Of a DNA stretch of 64,000 bases, positions 26,585-36,279 are shown piece after piece. The notes under the pieces were generated by a model that did not search any database, had not been told where the DNA came from, and worked only from the letters and a program-made list of their open reading frames with translations. Source of the stretch: Pseudomonadota bacterium. Its GTDB lineage: Bacteria; Pseudomonadota; Gammaproteobacteria; Steroidobacterales; Steroidobacteraceae. Made by a program: the position numbers and the translations under genes. Positions within the stretch are counted from its first letter, which is position 1. The number at the start of each line of letters is the position of its first letter. The stretch covers positions 36,352 to 100,351 of the forward strand of contig JAKARC010000002.1 in the NCBI GenBank assembly GCA_021822385.1, read 5' to 3'.

Positions 26585-27508
26585 ATGCAGTCCGTATACC
26601 ACGCCCAGCCGGCGATCGAAGCGCTCCGGCAGCGCTTCCGCGCGCAACGGCCGCTGCGCAGCGGCTCGTTGCTGATGACGATCTTTGGTGATGCCATTGC
26701 CCCGCGCGGCGGGCGCATCACCCTGGGGAGCCTGATACGACTGGCCGAGCCGTTCGGGCTCGCCGAGCGGCTGGTACGCACGGCGGTGGCCCGATTGGCC
26801 GCGGACAATTGGCTCATCGCAACCCGAACGGGACGGCGCAGCGAATACCACCTCACCGCAACGGGACGCGCCGTGTTCGCCGAGGCCACCGCACGTCTGT
26901 ACGCCCCGAGCCCGCACAAGTGGGACGGCTCCTGGACGCTGCTCGCGCTAAAGCCCGCTCGCGGCGCCGGAGGCGAGTTGCGCCGTGCGCTGCGCTGGCT
27001 CGGCTTCGGTCAGATCGCCCCTGGACTCTATGCCCACCCGGCGCTCACCTGCACGCAAGTGCGGGCCGCGCTCGCGTTGCGCGGGTGGACAGACCCAGGC
27101 TGGCTGTTCGAGAGCCGTGGCGAGAACCCCCGGGCCGACCGTGATTGTGTGCAGTTCGCGTGGAATCTCGAGACTCTCGCACGCCGCTACCGCAAACTCC
27201 ATGACACGTTTGCGCCGATCGATGCGGCCGGACGCTTGCAGGCCATCCCCCCGCAGTCGGCCTTTCTCGTGCGCACGTTGCTGATCCACGAATACCGGAG
27301 AATTCATCTGCGCGATCCGCTGCTGCCGCCGGCGTTGCTGCCGGAGAAGTGGATCGGCGCCGAGGCTTACCAAATGTGCACCCGCCTGTACAACGGTGTA
27401 TTCCACGCCGCCGAGGCGCATCTTGATGCCTGCGGCAGCACGTTGACCGGCCCGCTGCCGCCGCCCGGTCCGGAAATCCAGGCACGCTTTGGCGGGCTCA
27501 ACCGCTGA
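26585..27508 (+). CDS. paaX: phenylacetic acid degradation operon repressor
   Basis: 307 aa. LLMTIFGDAIAPRGGRITLGSLIRLAEPFGLAERLVRTAVARL is typical of PaaX. It is divergent from paaA. Confidence 0.88.
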   Translation: MQSVYHAQPAIEALRQRFRAQRPLRSGSLLMTIFGDAIAPRGGRITLGSLIRLAEPFGLAERLVRTAVARLAADNWLIATRTGRRSEYHLTATGRAVFAEATARLYAPSPHKWDGSWTLLALKPARGAGGELRRALRWLGFGQIAPGLYAHPALTCTQVRAALALRGWTDPGWLFESRGENPRADRDCVQFAWNLETLARRYRKLHDTFAPIDAAGRLQAIPPQSAFLVRTLLIHEYRRIHLRDPLLPPALLPEKWIGAEAYQMCTRLYNGVFHAAEAHLDACGSTLTGPLPPPGPEIQARFGGLNR

Positions 27509-27745
27509 TGTGCACTTACTGCGCACGCACGCACCTGCGCAGCACGGATGTCGGGACGTCACCGCGAGGTGCAGTCCAGTGCGGTTCGTCAGCATGGACG
27601 ATGAGCCGAGCGGATCCGTTCTGCCCGATCCAACTGCACCGTTGTCCGTGCACGCGAAGCGCACCGCGCAGCGACAGCCGGGGCGATGAAGCGGGTCAGC
27701 GGTACACCGCGGTCTGTGTGCCGCCGCGCCGACACGCGCTGAGTC

Positions 27746-28978
27746 TCACTCCGGCCAGTCCGCCAGCCGCGCGGCAAAGACCTGCATGAACTGATTCGCC
27801 TGCTCCCCATCCATGACGCGATGGTCGATCGTCAGAGTGGCGTAGCACCGTGGCCTGATTTGGCAGTGATCCGCACCCGAATCCGTGACCGCTACGACCC
27901 GTTGCTCTATCTTGCCGACACCGACGATGGCAGCCTGTCCCGCCGGCAGAATGATCGGAGCAGCAAACAGAGCCCCGCTGACACCATGGTTCGACAGCGT
28001 AAAAGTGCCGCCCCGCACCTCCTCCGGCTGCAGCGCGCCGGCACGCGCGCGGCGCGCGAGCTCATTGATCTCGCGCGCGGTCTGCTCCAGATCGAGCGTC
28101 TCGGCGGCCCTCAGCACCGGCACCACGAGCCCGCTCGGCGTTGCCGTGCCTATGCCGAAATTGACGCTCTGGTAAATCTCAAGCGCATCGTCGGTCCAGC
28201 GACTGTTGGCGTGCGGCACCACCGCGATGGCCTGCACAGCCGCGCGCACGAAATACGCCGTAAAAGTCAACGACGCGCCCCGACTCGCAAAGGCCTCGCG
28301 ATGACGCGCCCGATGCGCAAGTACCCGCGTCATATCAACCTCGAACACGGTCGTCACGTGCGGTGCGGTGTTGAGCAGGCTCGCCACCATGCGTGCCGCG
28401 ATGCGTTTGCGTACCGCACTATGCGGCACTCGCTGCACGGCCGGATGCGTCCCAGCGCAAATTGCCGGTTGCGCGGCAGCGTGCGCCTCGCCATCCGCCG
28501 GTCGTGCGTCCGCAGCGCCTAAGACATCGTCTACCGTGATCCGCCCGCCCGGACCGGTGCCGCGCACCTGCTGCGGGGAAAGTCCGCGCTCGGCGAGAAG
28601 GCGGCGCACCGCCGGACTTAGATGCGTGGGATCGGCACCCCGATCTGCCCCTGCGCGCGCGCCTACGACTGCGGCCGCGGTAACCGCGGCATCCACCCCC
28701 GCATGCCGCTCGGCGGGCGGGGACTGAGTGCCACTGCGGGCAATGCGGCCGAGCAGATCGCCGGGCGCGACCTCGGCAGTCTCGGGTTTAAGAATCTCCA
28801 TGAGCACGCCGGCCACCGGCGCCGCCACTTCAACAGTCACTTTGTCGGTTTCGAGTTCGATGAGCGGCTCATGCGCCTGCACCGGCTCTCCCACCGACTT
28901 CAGCCAACGCAACACCTGCGAGCGCGACCCCTCGGACTGCTCGGCGGGCGCGCGCACCTCGACTGGCGCTGTGGACAT
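27746..28978 (-). CDS. 2-oxoacid dehydrogenase E2 (dihydrolipoamide acyltransferase)
   Basis: 410 aa with a lipoyl domain (IELETDKVTVEVAAP), a peripheral-subunit-binding domain (LSPAVRRLLAERGLSPQQVRGTGPGGRITVDDV) and a catalytic DHRVMDG motif. Confidence 0.88.
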   Translation of the reverse strand: MSTAPVEVRAPAEQSEGSRSQVLRWLKSVGEPVQAHEPLIELETDKVTVEVAAPVAGVLMEILKPETAEVAPGDLLGRIARSGTQSPPAERHAGVDAAVTAAAVVGARAGADRGADPTHLSPAVRRLLAERGLSPQQVRGTGPGGRITVDDVLGAADARPADGEAHAAAQPAICAGTHPAVQRVPHSAVRKRIAARMVASLLNTAPHVTTVFEVDMTRVLAHRARHREAFASRGASLTFTAYFVRAAVQAIAVVPHANSRWTDDALEIYQSVNFGIGTATPSGLVVPVLRAAETLDLEQTAREINELARRARAGALQPEEVRGGTFTLSNHGVSGALFAAPIILPAGQAAIVGVGKIEQRVVAVTDSGADHCQIRPRCYATLTIDHRVMDGEQANQFMQVFAARLADWPE

Positions 28979-28980
28979 GA

Positions 28981-31092
28981 CTACACGCTCGCCAGCGCCC
29001 GGATGGCGCGTGTGATGGACTCGACATCGGGCACTGTGGCCGCGAGCAGCTCGGGGCTGTGCGGGCTCGGGATGTCGGGCATCGCCAGCCGCTCGACCGG
29101 CGCATCGAGGCTGAAGAACGCGTCCTGCGCCAGGGTAGCGGCAATTTCCGCGCCGAATCCGGCACTCAACGTGTCCTCATGCACGATCAGACAGCGCCGG
29201 GTCCTGCGCACCGAGGCGAGCACCGCCGCGCGGTCCCAGGGGGACAGCGTGCGTAGATCGAGAATTTCCGTGTGTACCCCCGAGGCCGCAGCCGCACGCT
29301 CGCAGCGCTCGACCATCGCGCCCCAGGTCACGATCGTCATTTCCGAGCCCGCACAGATGCGCCGTGCCGCACCGAAGGGCAGCGCATACGCATCGCCAGG
29401 GTATGGGCGCCGTGCCCAAGCGTCATCGAGCAGCGAGCGATGCTCGAAGAACAGTGTCGGCTCATTGCCGCGCAACGCCGTGCGCAGCAGACCAACCGCA
29501 TCCTCGGCATTCGAAGGCATGGCGACGCGCCAGCCGATAGCGTGCACCCAGGCGACTTCGTTCGTCTGACTGTGCCATGGATCACCGCACTTGAAAAAGC
29601 CCACGGGCATACGCACCACCATGGGTGCGGCAAAACGATTGGCGGTGCGCCAGCGCATCGTGCCGCAGTCATTGAGCTGCTCTGTCGCCGGATCGGCGTA
29701 TTTGCGAAATTGAATTTCCGGCACTGGCAGCAGACCGGCTAGCGCCAAACCGACGGCGCGCCCGACGATGCCCTCCTCGGACAGGCTGGTATCGAACACC
29801 CGGGCCGCGCCGTATTTCGTCTGCAGTCCGAGCGTTGCACCGTGCACCCCTCCTTTCGGACCGACATCCTCACCGAACACGAGCATGCGCGGGTTGAGAG
29901 CGAGTTCGACCTCGAGCGTGCGTCGGATCGCAGTCAGCATGTTGATGCGGGCAGGCTCGGGGACGGGATCGCCGTAACTCGCAGGGATGGCGGCACCGAG
30001 CGGGGCAAGTCCACCCTGGGCCTGCAGCTCGAGTCGTCCGCTGGCGTCGCGCTCGGTGAAGACGTAGCGCGTCACTCGCTGCGGATCCGGCGGCGCTCGT
30101 GCCAGGGCTCGCGCCAGTGCCGTTTCGACCGCCTGCAGTGCCTCGCGCTCGATCTGGCGCCACAGATCCACGCGCATCCGTCGCGGCACAAGATAGTGGT
30201 ACAGCCGCTGCAGAGGATCGTTGCTGCGCTCGCGCGCGAGCGTCTCGGCCGATTTGTAGGTTTGCGTATCCTGCCCCGAGTGCCCGCACAGTCGCGGCAC
30301 CGTCAGCCGCAACAGCGCCGGGCGACGCCGCTCGCGCACGAAACGCACCGCCGCGGCAACGCGCTCGGCCGCCTCGAGCGGATCGGCGCCATCGCCTTCA
30401 TACAGTGCAAGACCGGAAAATGCCCGCAAATTGGCGGCGATATTCCCGCCCGGGGTCTGCAGTTGCGAGCGCACCGAGATGCCAAAACCATTGTCCTCGA
30501 TGTAAAACAGCATCGGCAGGCGCAGCGTCGTCGCCAGAGTCAGCGCCGACCAGAACCCTCCGGTGGCCACCGACGCGTCCCCTCCGAGCGCCACCGCGAT
30601 GCTGCGCGCATAGTCGGTCTGTCCCAGGGTGTCAACGTGGTAGCCAATGGCTTGGGCCCACCCCGCCGCCGGCGTGTATTGAGCGCCAACGCCACCACAG
30701 GCCGGCAACACCGTCACGGCTCCACGCCCGGGCCGGTTGAACACCACGCCAATATCACGCCCGTCGCTGAAGCCGCCGCAGCGGGCCAGCGGGGCGGCGG
30801 CGGCATCCTCCAGATCGGCACCCACGGCGAGCATGAGCGGCCGCGAGCGGTAGTAGACGCTCACCGCGTCATGGGGATCGGTGAGCTGCAGCCCAAGCAG
30901 GATCTGTGCCAGATCGTGCCCACGAGCAGAAAATTGGTACATCACCTGCCGCGCCGGCAGCAGTCGCTTCTCCTCGATGTCATCGAGCGCCCGTGACTGC
31001 TGCAGCAGACGCGTCACCTGCTGCCAGTCAGGCTGCATCTCGAGCCAAGTCGGATGGGTGGAGTCGGTCGCCGATGAGGCCAAGGGTGCCAT
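28981..31092 (-). CDS. fused E1 alpha/beta 2-oxoacid dehydrogenase (TPP-dependent) component
   Basis: 703 aa from ATG 31092 (MAPLASS). The N-terminal half is E1-alpha-like and the C-terminal half is E1-beta/transketolase-like (VFGEDVGPKGGVHGAT). The TAG stop lies 2 nt before the E2 ATG. Confidence 0.85.
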   Translation of the reverse strand: MAPLASSATDSTHPTWLEMQPDWQQVTRLLQQSRALDDIEEKRLLPARQVMYQFSARGHDLAQILLGLQLTDPHDAVSVYYRSRPLMLAVGADLEDAAAAPLARCGGFSDGRDIGVVFNRPGRGAVTVLPACGGVGAQYTPAAGWAQAIGYHVDTLGQTDYARSIAVALGGDASVATGGFWSALTLATTLRLPMLFYIEDNGFGISVRSQLQTPGGNIAANLRAFSGLALYEGDGADPLEAAERVAAAVRFVRERRRPALLRLTVPRLCGHSGQDTQTYKSAETLARERSNDPLQRLYHYLVPRRMRVDLWRQIEREALQAVETALARALARAPPDPQRVTRYVFTERDASGRLELQAQGGLAPLGAAIPASYGDPVPEPARINMLTAIRRTLEVELALNPRMLVFGEDVGPKGGVHGATLGLQTKYGAARVFDTSLSEEGIVGRAVGLALAGLLPVPEIQFRKYADPATEQLNDCGTMRWRTANRFAAPMVVRMPVGFFKCGDPWHSQTNEVAWVHAIGWRVAMPSNAEDAVGLLRTALRGNEPTLFFEHRSLLDDAWARRPYPGDAYALPFGAARRICAGSEMTIVTWGAMVERCERAAAASGVHTEILDLRTLSPWDRAAVLASVRRTRRCLIVHEDTLSAGFGAEIAATLAQDAFFSLDAPVERLAMPDIPSPHSPELLAATVPDVESITRAIRALASV

Positions 31093-31169
31093 GAGCCGTC
31101 GCTGTCGATTAGTGCTCGAGCTCGAACAGCATTGAGTGTATGCGTATATCCTGGAAATTAGCTTTCTTT

Positions 31170-31207
31170 TATTGCTCGTTTTCCGACTCACTTAGCAATA
31201 ATATTGC
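31170..31207. promoter_or_regulatory. three TATTGC/GCAATA half-sites (candidate Lrp-type operator) in the divergent E1 / regulator region
   Basis: TATTGC sits at 31170-31175. A perfect 13-bp palindrome, GCAATAATATTGC, sits at 31195-31207. Both lie inside a 142-bp AT-rich intergenic region. Confidence 0.3.
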
Positions 31208-31234
31208 CGATCCAGCCTCTTTGAGGACATTACC

Positions 31235-31717
31235 GTGATCGCGACCCTCGATCATTTCGACTGTCGGATTCTCGAGGTGCTGCAGTGTGAAGCGCGCATC
31301 ACCAACCAGGAACTTGCCCAACGCGTCGGGCTCTCGCCCGCGCCCTGCTGGCGGCGACTGAAACGTCTCGAACGCGACGGCTTCATCGAGGGGTACACGA
31401 CGCTGCTGTCCGCCGCGGCCATCGGTCTGCCCATTCAGGCCTATGCCCTGGTGCTCTTGGAAAATCACCACGCGCAGACCGTGGCGGCATTCGGCCAGTG
31501 GGTGCGCGAGCGCCCTGAGGTGCTCGAGTGCCACGCCATGAGCGGCACGAACGATTATCTGCTGCGAATCGTCGCGGCGAGCATGGCCGCCTATGAGCAG
31601 TTTCTCTCCGCCCATCTGCTGCAGCTGGATGCGGTGCGCTCGGTCAACACCAGTTTCGTACTGCGCACCCAGAAGTTCACCACCCGGCTGCCGGTGCACT
31701 CATCGCGGGAATCATGA
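31235..31717 (+). CDS. Lrp/AsnC-family transcriptional regulator (arranged like BkdR)
   Basis: 160 aa with a GTG start. LDHFDCRILEVLQCEARITNQELAQRVGLSPAPCWRRLKRLERDGFI is an Lrp HTH, followed by a RAM domain. Confidence 0.85.
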   Translation: MIATLDHFDCRILEVLQCEARITNQELAQRVGLSPAPCWRRLKRLERDGFIEGYTTLLSAAAIGLPIQAYALVLLENHHAQTVAAFGQWVRERPEVLECHAMSGTNDYLLRIVAASMAAYEQFLSAHLLQLDAVRSVNTSFVLRTQKFTTRLPVHSSRES

Positions 31718-31763
31718 GGTCGTCACACGGCCGCCCCGCAGCCGTCCAAGGTCACACGAACCT

Positions 31764-32966
31764 TCAGAAAACCTCGAAGATACCCGCCGCCCCCATGCCG
31801 GTGCCGATGCACATGGTGACCATACCGAAGCCCTTGAGGTTCCGGTGGCGCATGCCATGCACCAGGGTTGCCGTCCGAATCGCGCCGGTCGCCCCGAGCG
31901 GGTGACCGAGCGCGATCGCGCCGCCGTGAGGATTCACGCGCGCCGGATCCAACTCGAGGTCCCGAATCACGGCAAGGGCCTGCGCCGCAAACGCTTCGTT
32001 CAATTCGATCCATTGCAGCGCATCCCGGGCAAGACCGGCGCGCGCGAGTGCCGCCGGCACTGCCACCTTCGGCCCGATCCCCATGATGGCCGGTGGCACG
32101 CCCTTGACGGCGAACGTCACATAGCGGGCGAGCGGCGTCAGGCTGTAACGCCGCAATGCCGCCTCCGACACCAGGATCACCGCGGCGGCGCCATCGGAGG
32201 TCTGGGAGCTGTTGCCCGCGGTAACGGTACCGGAGGTATCGAAAACGGGTTTGAGCTTGGCAAGCGCCGCCAGCGAGGTATCCGAGCGCGGACCTTCATC
32301 CTCGCTCAGGTGTTTGATGCTGCGGCGCACCTCGCCGCTCGCCGAATCGGGCGTACGTGTCGTGATCTGTACCGGGGCGATCTCGGCTGCGAAGCCGCCT
32401 GCGGCGCGCGCACTCAGCGCCCGACGATGCGATTCCAGTGCGAAGGCGTCCTGATCCTCGCGCGACACATGCCACTGGCGCGCCACCTTCTCCGCCGTGA
32501 TGCCCATGCCATACGCGATTGCATAGTGCTCGTCGCGGGCGAAGACCTGCGGGTTGAATGCAATCTTGTTGCCCATCATCGGCACCATGGACATCGACTC
32601 GGCACCCCCTGCGATCACGACGTCCGCCTCACCCAAGCGAATCCGGTCGGCCGCAATCTGCACCGCATTCAGCCCCGAGGAGCAGTAACGATTGACCGTG
32701 ATGCCGGGTACCGAATCGGGCAATCCGGCGAGCAGCGCCGCAATACGCGCCATGTTCAGACCCTGCTCTGCTTCCGGAAACGCGCACCCCACCACGACGT
32801 CCTCCACGGCCCCCGGTTCGATCGCCGGGGTGCGCTCGAGCGCGCAGCGCAGCACATGCACCAACAGATCATCGGGACGAGCATGGCGCAACATCCCGCG
32901 CGGTGCCTTGCCGACGGGCGTGCGCACCGCGGCAACGATGTAGGCTTCTGTGACTTTCTGTGTCAT
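31764..32966 (-). CDS. fadA: acetyl-CoA C-acyltransferase (3-ketoacyl-CoA thiolase)
   Basis: 400 aa thiolase. It contains VNRYCSSGLNAV (active-site Cys) and C-terminal GHPLGATGA and MCIGTGMG motifs. Confidence 0.9.
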   Translation of the reverse strand: MTQKVTEAYIVAAVRTPVGKAPRGMLRHARPDDLLVHVLRCALERTPAIEPGAVEDVVVGCAFPEAEQGLNMARIAALLAGLPDSVPGITVNRYCSSGLNAVQIAADRIRLGEADVVIAGGAESMSMVPMMGNKIAFNPQVFARDEHYAIAYGMGITAEKVARQWHVSREDQDAFALESHRRALSARAAGGFAAEIAPVQITTRTPDSASGEVRRSIKHLSEDEGPRSDTSLAALAKLKPVFDTSGTVTAGNSSQTSDGAAAVILVSEAALRRYSLTPLARYVTFAVKGVPPAIMGIGPKVAVPAALARAGLARDALQWIELNEAFAAQALAVIRDLELDPARVNPHGGAIALGHPLGATGAIRTATLVHGMRHRNLKGFGMVTMCIGTGMGAAGIFEVF

Positions 32967-32987
32967 CGTGAGTTCCTCCCGCGGCCG

Positions 32988-35357
32988 TCAATTACGCAGC
33001 GGTTTGCCAGTGGCGAGCGTGTGCGCGATGCGCTCCTGAGTCTTGGCGTTCTTCAGCAGCTCGAGGAAGTGGCGCCGCTCGAGCGCAAGCATCCACTCCT
33101 CGTCAACCGCGGCGCCGGGCTCAAGGTCCCCGCCGGTCATCACCTCGGCGATGCGCTCGCCAATCTCGAAGTCATAGGGACTGATGAAATGACCTTCGAG
33201 CAGGTTCAGGAGCTGCATTTTGATCGAGGCAGCACCGACGCGCCCGGCGACGGCGAAGCGCCGGCCGGGCAATGGTGGCCGATAGCCGGATTCAGCCAGC
33301 GCGAGCGCCTGCTCCTTGGCGACATGGAGCAGCTCGGCACTGTTCATGACCACGACGTCGCCCGCACCGAGATAGCCCATCTCGCGGGCCTCGCGGGCGC
33401 TGCCAGCGACCTTGGCGGTCGCAACCGCCATGTAATAATCCTTCAGCGCTGCGAACAGATCGCCGGTACTGCGCTCAGCGGCACGCCGGGCGAGTTCTTT
33501 GCAGCCACCCCCGGCGGGCAACAGACCAACCCCCGCCTCGACGAGCCCGACGTACGATTCGTGCGCCGCGACAATGCGATCGCAATGCAGCGCAAACTCG
33601 CAACCGCCCCCGAAGACGTACCCCTCGGTCGCCGCGACCGTCGGCACGAAACTGTATCGCAACCGCATCGAGGTTTTCTGAAAACCGCTGATCACCGCCT
33701 CGATGCTCGCCCAGTCGCCCGCGGCCACCGCCGGCCTCAGCGCCTCCAGATTTGCTCCGACCGAAAACGGCGGCTCACTCTGCCAGATGACCAGCGCGCG
33801 ATACCGCGCCTCGGCCAGATCGAGTGCATGGTTGAGCCCGGCGAGCGCCTCGGGTGAGATCGAGTGGGCCTTGGTGAGCAGCGACGCAACCAACACGCCA
33901 TCGCCACTGGTGCAGGCGCGCACTGCCGCGTTCTCAAATACGGTTTCCCATTGCCGCGCCGGCTCGCCGACCAGCAGCCCCGGAAACAACTGCCGGCGGT
34001 AGACCGCAAGAGCCGAGCGCCCCACCCATCGTTTTCCCGCCGCATCATACGAGCCCTCGGCGCCATGCACGCCACTCCTGCCAGGCTCGCTCACCCACGC
34101 CGGCAAGGGGGCATCGGCCAGCGTCTTGTGCTCGCGGATGTCGCTCTCGAGCCATCCGGCTACACGCGACCAGCCGGCCGCCTGCCACAGCTCGAGCGGT
34201 CCGCGTTGCCAGCCAAAGCCCCAGCGCATAGCCAGGTCGAGATCGCGAGCCGAGTGTGCAATGCCAGCCAGATGATAGGCCGCGTAGTGGAACGTATCGC
34301 GAAAGCACGCCCACAGAAACCGCCCCTGTGGATGCTCGCTCGCCCGCAGCGCCGCGAAGCGCGCCGCGACATCGTCGATCTTGAGCAGGCCGATCACCTC
34401 GGCATCGGCCTGCGCGCCGGCGGGCACATGCGTGCCGCTCGCCGGATCAAGCACGAGCAGCTCATGGCCACGCTTTTGATAGATCCCGCCGCGTGTCTTG
34501 GCGCCGAGCGCTCCGGCCTCGATGAGGCGCTCGAGCCACGGCGGCAGCGTGTACAGCGCGTGCCATGGATCCTGCGGCAGTGCCTCGCGCATCGTGCGCA
34601 CCACGTGCGCAAAAGTGTCCAGGCCGACGACATCGGCGGTACGGAACGTGGCCGATTTCGGCCGTCCGAGCAACGGCCCGGTGAGCGCATCGACAACATC
34701 GAAGCGCAAGCCGAATTTCTCCGCATTAGCGACAGTAGCCAACATCGAAAAAACCCCAATGCGGTTGGCGAGAAAATTCGGCGTGTCCTTGGCACGAATC
34801 ACGCCCTTGCCGAGGGCCGTGACGAGGAAGCTCTCCAGGCCATCGAGCATGGCCGGATCGCTGTCCGCGCAGGGAATCAACTCGACCAGACGCATGTAGC
34901 GGGGGGGATTGAAGAAATGGACACCGCAAAATCGGGCTCGCAGCGATTGCGGACAGGCGGCCGCGAGCGCCTCGATCGACAGACCCGAGGTGTTGGTGGC
35001 GAAAATAGCCTGCGGCGCAAGCGCCGCAGTCACCTTGCGGTACAACTCGATCTTCCAATCGATCCGCTCGGCGATCGCCTCGATCACGAGGTCGCACTCA
35101 GCAAGTCGCGCGAGGTCCGTGCCATAGTTCGCCGGCTCGATCAGTTCGGCAAGCGCTGGCGCCCCGAGTGGCGGCGGCTGCTGTTTAGCAAGCGCACCGA
35201 TGGCCTTGGTCACGGTGCCGCTGCCGCCGGAGCTGTCCGGCAGATCGAACAAGACGGTCTGTACTCCTGCATTGACCAGGTGCGCGGCAATCTGCGCGCC
35301 CATGACGCCCGCCCCAAGCACAGCCACCTTGCGTACGATGAAATTTCTCTCGCTCAT
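32988..35357 (-). CDS. 3-hydroxyacyl-CoA dehydrogenase / enoyl-CoA hydratase family protein (FadN-like: dehydrogenase N-terminal, crotonase-like C-terminal)
   Basis: 789 aa. It begins with an N-terminal Rossmann fold (VAVLGAGVMGAQIAAHL) and ends in a crotonase-like region. The length and domain order resemble Bacillus FadN. Confidence 0.85.
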   Translation of the reverse strand: MSERNFIVRKVAVLGAGVMGAQIAAHLVNAGVQTVLFDLPDSSGGSGTVTKAIGALAKQQPPPLGAPALAELIEPANYGTDLARLAECDLVIEAIAERIDWKIELYRKVTAALAPQAIFATNTSGLSIEALAAACPQSLRARFCGVHFFNPPRYMRLVELIPCADSDPAMLDGLESFLVTALGKGVIRAKDTPNFLANRIGVFSMLATVANAEKFGLRFDVVDALTGPLLGRPKSATFRTADVVGLDTFAHVVRTMREALPQDPWHALYTLPPWLERLIEAGALGAKTRGGIYQKRGHELLVLDPASGTHVPAGAQADAEVIGLLKIDDVAARFAALRASEHPQGRFLWACFRDTFHYAAYHLAGIAHSARDLDLAMRWGFGWQRGPLELWQAAGWSRVAGWLESDIREHKTLADAPLPAWVSEPGRSGVHGAEGSYDAAGKRWVGRSALAVYRRQLFPGLLVGEPARQWETVFENAAVRACTSGDGVLVASLLTKAHSISPEALAGLNHALDLAEARYRALVIWQSEPPFSVGANLEALRPAVAAGDWASIEAVISGFQKTSMRLRYSFVPTVAATEGYVFGGGCEFALHCDRIVAAHESYVGLVEAGVGLLPAGGGCKELARRAAERSTGDLFAALKDYYMAVATAKVAGSAREAREMGYLGAGDVVVMNSAELLHVAKEQALALAESGYRPPLPGRRFAVAGRVGAASIKMQLLNLLEGHFISPYDFEIGERIAEVMTGGDLEPGAAVDEEWMLALERRHFLELLKNAKTQERIAHTLATGKPLRN

Positions 35358-36262
35358 GACTTCCCCTTCAAGCGCGTCCCCACCGGCGCTGCACCCCGCG
35401 CACGCGACACCTGCGATGTGCCGGTCGCGGCACGTGCTCTCCGGCCATTGCCTTCACTCCCGCCACCGTCGCTCGCAGGCGCGGCGACGGCCCGCAGTTT
35501 CACTACCGGGGCACGGCGCCGTCCGCCGGGACCCTGGGACCGAACCAAGCCGTTGCGCACGGCGTGCGTGGTGCCCGCGCTTGCGCTCATGCCCGCCACC
35601 ACGAACGGCACGACATATTTGACGATCAGATCTGGGTCGCGCGCCGAAACCACCGAGCGGCCGAACACCTTGAGAATGTCGTTGCCCGCAAACGCGTGGA
35701 ACATGACGCTGAACCCCACATGCAACCGCCAGATGACTTCCTCGGCGCCGAGCGCCGGCAGCGCGTGCGCGAGCGCCTGCGTGAAGCGCGTGACCATATG
35801 CCCCCAATCGTCCGCGAGCATCTGGCGCAACTGGCGATGATTTTCCACCAGGACCCGTGAAAACAGGCGCGCAAACATCGCCCCCCCGCGCGCCGGATCA
35901 CGCGAGAGAGCAAGCGTGGGGCGAACATAACACATCACTACTTCCTCGACGCTCATGTGCGCTGCGCCCGCGGCGGCGCGCTCCTCGAGCGTATCGAGCT
36001 CGCGCAGGCACGCGCATGCCCAAGGCGCGAAGCGCCGCGTGAACACTGCTGCAAACAGCGCATCCTTGGAGCGGAAGTGGTAATTGACCGCCGCCAGGTT
36101 GACGCCAGCCTGCTGGGTGATCAGGCGCAACGAGGTGGCTTGCAGGCCGAACTCGACGAACAGAACCTCGGCGACATTAATGATACGCGCCGCAGTGCCG
36201 CTGTAGCGCGGCAGGTTCTGTTCGCACGGCGCCCCGTGCTGCTGTGAAATTTTTGCGCGCAT
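35354..36262 (-). CDS. TetR-family transcriptional regulator with a long Arg/Gly/Ala-rich C-terminal tail
   Basis: 302 aa from ATG 36262. The HTH is INVAEVLFVEFGLQATSLRLITQQAGVNLAAVNYHF. The stop overlaps the fadN-like ATG (ATGA at 35354-35357). Confidence 0.8.
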   Translation of the reverse strand: MRAKISQQHGAPCEQNLPRYSGTAARIINVAEVLFVEFGLQATSLRLITQQAGVNLAAVNYHFRSKDALFAAVFTRRFAPWACACLRELDTLEERAAAGAAHMSVEEVVMCYVRPTLALSRDPARGGAMFARLFSRVLVENHRQLRQMLADDWGHMVTRFTQALAHALPALGAEEVIWRLHVGFSVMFHAFAGNDILKVFGRSVVSARDPDLIVKYVVPFVVAGMSASAGTTHAVRNGLVRSQGPGGRRRAPVVKLRAVAAPASDGGGSEGNGRRARAATGTSQVSRARGAAPVGTRLKGKS

Positions 36263-36267
36263 GGATA

Positions 36268-36279
36268 AAACGACCGTTT
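36268..36279. promoter_or_regulatory. small inverted repeat AAACG-N2-CGTTT just upstream of the tetR start (candidate operator)
   Basis: Seen directly in the 44-bp AT-rich gap between the fadB/J-type stop and the tetR ATG. -10-like AT hexamers are adjacent. Confidence 0.2.

Noticed and set aside
27519-27542. The hairpin CTGCGCA-N10-TGCGCAG, 11 nt after the paaX stop, considered as an intrinsic terminator.
   Set aside because: There is no U-run downstream and the stem is only 7 bp. It is plausible but not supportable without energy calculations.
31593-35840. Two long plus-strand ORFs, 754 aa (31593..33857) and 658 aa (33864..35840).
   Set aside because: They are antisense to the thiolase, the FadN-like gene and tetR. 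Their composition is the same Arg-rich antisense type with no motifs. The many other 60-400-aa ORFs that shadow the called genes throughout the window were rejected for the same reason.
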